Below are positions 48,092 to 49,661 of a DNA stretch of 49,661 nt, piece after piece (position 1 is the first letter of the stretch; the number at the start of each line of letters is the position of its first letter). The position numbers and the translations under genes are program-made. Origin of the DNA: Alphaproteobacteria bacterium (GTDB lineage Bacteria > Pseudomonadota > Alphaproteobacteria > Micropepsales > Micropepsaceae); the NCBI GenBank assembly GCA_947482125.1, contig CANKIV010000001.1, forward strand, positions 1-49,661, read 5' to 3'. A model generated the notes under the pieces. It did no database searches. It saw only the letters and a list, made by a program, of their open reading frames with translations, and was not told the origin of the DNA.

Positions 48092-49276
48092 TCAGGGAAC
48101 TTTCTTTTCCACCAGCACCACGCCCGAGCGCGCCAGTACCGCCAGGCTCTTTTTCAGATCGTCGCGGGCGGCGTCGCTCTCCAGCACCGCGGAAAGTTCT
48201 GCCACGGTGGACGCCCTGGCGTTGTGCAGATGGCTGAGGGCGGGCAACAGGGCGCGCGGCACAGTCCACAATTTGTTCACCGCCTTGAATTCGAAATTCT
48301 CGCCAAAGGGGGTGAGTGGCAGGCGGTTGAGCGTGGCGAGCCGCACCATGCTGTCATCGCTCAGCTCGGAGAATTGCTCATACGGCGAACCCGGCAGGCG
48401 GATATGCGGGGTGTGGCCGATATTGGCGTCCCATTGCCCCAGAAAATCGGCCATCGCCTGGTCGGTCAGCACGTTGTTCACCAGTTCGCGCAGGCTCTTC
48501 ATGGTGGCGGCCTGCGCCGCTGCATCCTGCAGCGCCGGCAGACCGGCGCGCACAACGGCTTCGCGCCGCAGGGATGAGACTGCCCAGCCCAGAAGATCGA
48601 TGCCCTTGGGCGGGGTCAGCGACACCGTCAGGTGCAGGCAGGGTTCGTTGAGAGGATGGACCACATGCCACCAGCCCCGCGGAACATAGATGGCGTCGCC
48701 TTCCTTCATCACCCCTTCCCATACCGGCTCGCCGGTCGGCTGGGCCGGCTTTTCAATGTCGTCTTCCAGGGGATGCAGCCGGGTCGGCTTGTAGACCTTC
48801 CAGCGCTTCTTGCCGGAAAGCTGCAGGATGATGGAATCCTGCGGGTCCCAATGCAGGTCGAACGCCTTCTGGGTGTGCCAGGCGGCATAGAGATTGGCAT
48901 AGGTGTCGGTCTTGAGCGCGGCCTGGAACACCTGCATCAGCTCGCGCAGGCGCGGATGGACTTCCTGGACGTCATTGAGGATCAGCGAGGCGCCTTCGGC
49001 GAGGCAGACCGCCAGCCCCCCCGAATCCAGCCGGGGCGTGCCCATATGCGGCGGAGTGATATAGCGCATCGGATCGATCGCCTGGCCGTCCTTGGACAGC
49101 TTGAAACGCGGCGGCATCAGCCGGTGGGTTTCAAGCACCGTGTTGAGTTCGTCCCAGCTGAACAGGCTTTTGAAGCGGTCGGCCGGGCCCTGCATCCGGA
49201 CAAAGGACTTGCCCCAATGGTCACGGAGGAATTTGTCGAAGCTGAGGGGGGCGATGATTTGATCGAATTCGAGCAT
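48092..49276 (-). CDS. JmjC/cupin_4 (ROX-type) Fe(II)/2OG oxygenase with C-terminal winged-helix-like domain
   Basis: NLY, HWD, ILQLSGKKRW, GDAIYVPRGWWH; start set at ATG 49276. Confidence 0.88.
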   Translation of the reverse strand: MLEFDQIIAPLSFDKFLRDHWGKSFVRMQGPADRFKSLFSWDELNTVLETHRLMPPRFKLSKDGQAIDPMRYITPPHMGTPRLDSGGLAVCLAEGASLILNDVQEVHPRLRELMQVFQAALKTDTYANLYAAWHTQKAFDLHWDPQDSIILQLSGKKRWKVYKPTRLHPLEDDIEKPAQPTGEPVWEGVMKEGDAIYVPRGWWHVVHPLNEPCLHLTVSLTPPKGIDLLGWAVSSLRREAVVRAGLPALQDAAAQAATMKSLRELVNNVLTDQAMADFLGQWDANIGHTPHIRLPGSPYEQFSELSDDSMVRLATLNRLPLTPFGENFEFKAVNKLWTVPRALLPALSHLHNARASTVAELSAVLESDAARDDLKKSLAVLARSGVVLVEKKVP

Positions 49277-49281
49277 GGGTG

Positions 49282-49661
49282 CTAGCTTAGCTTTTCGGGG
49301 TCGCGTTCGCCATAGAGCAAGGTGACGTTGATGCGGCGGTTGCAATAGCCGGGCTTGAACCGGATCGTGTCGGTCTGGTGGAAAAGGTCGGAGTCGAAAA
49401 TCACCGCCCGGTTGGCGCGATAGGGAATGGTCATCGACTGCGCGCCGCTTTTCGACAGGAAATCGCGGATGGCGTCCTCGTCCCGGTTGAACTTGCCGAA
49501 GTCCCAGTCCAGCGGCGCCGCCCTGTCCCACACCACCAGGCCGCCGCTTTGCGGATCGAGATTGGCCTCGTCGGGTGTGATCCAGAAATTGACATTCACC
49601 GCCGCGGCGTCGGCATGGATGCCAATCCCCTCCAGGCTGCTGTCGTACTTGAAGCCCCAGA
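49282..49661 (-). CDS. Fe(II)/2OG oxygenase domain protein, C-terminal part (5' end outside window)
   Basis: WGFKYD..GIGIHAD..VNVNFW (HxD), NRAVIFDSDLFH (distal His), RRINVT (2OG-binding Arg). Confidence 0.8.
   Translation of the reverse strand, partial: WGFKYDSSLEGIGIHADAAAVNVNFWITPDEANLDPQSGGLVVWDRAAPLDWDFGKFNRDEDAIRDFLSKSGAQSMTIPYRANRAVIFDSDLFHQTDTIRFKPGYCNRRINVTLLYGERDPEKLS

Overview
High-GC alphaproteobacterial chromosomal segment (inferred from the gene set and order: bolA-J domain-cobS-cobT, rpmB-VUT, SUV3-like helicase-S4-fdxA-carD, NDUFS4-like gene next to tRNA-Pro). It is densely coding with about 55 genes, mostly housekeeping: aroB (5'-truncated), cobST, rpmB, fdxA, carD, Sua5, pyrC, ygfZ, tag, photolyase, cysK, sseA, metC, hisI, cutA, clpP, a sirtuin and ppa, plus tRNA-Arg(TCT) and tRNA-Pro(TGG). 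I saw no integrase, transposase, prophage or CRISPR array. Five things stand out. (1) A decaying locus at 7.7-8.8 kb holds a frameshifted DUF3108-like gene, an AT-rich spacer with NrdR-like, GANTC and DnaA-like motifs, and a small secreted-protein gene apparently decapitated by a microhomology deletion. (2) A phage-type superinfection-immunity gene follows an NdvB-like glucan synthase, with no prophage nearby. (3) An uncalled 47-56 aa tail-anchored membrane microprotein precedes an OmpR/EnvZ-type two-component system. (4) A Fur-like palindrome lies upstream of fdxA. (5) An operon cut by the right edge encodes two different Fe(II)/2OG oxygenases, a candidate peptide/protein hydroxylation system. 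All family calls come from motif recognition by eye; no database searches were run.
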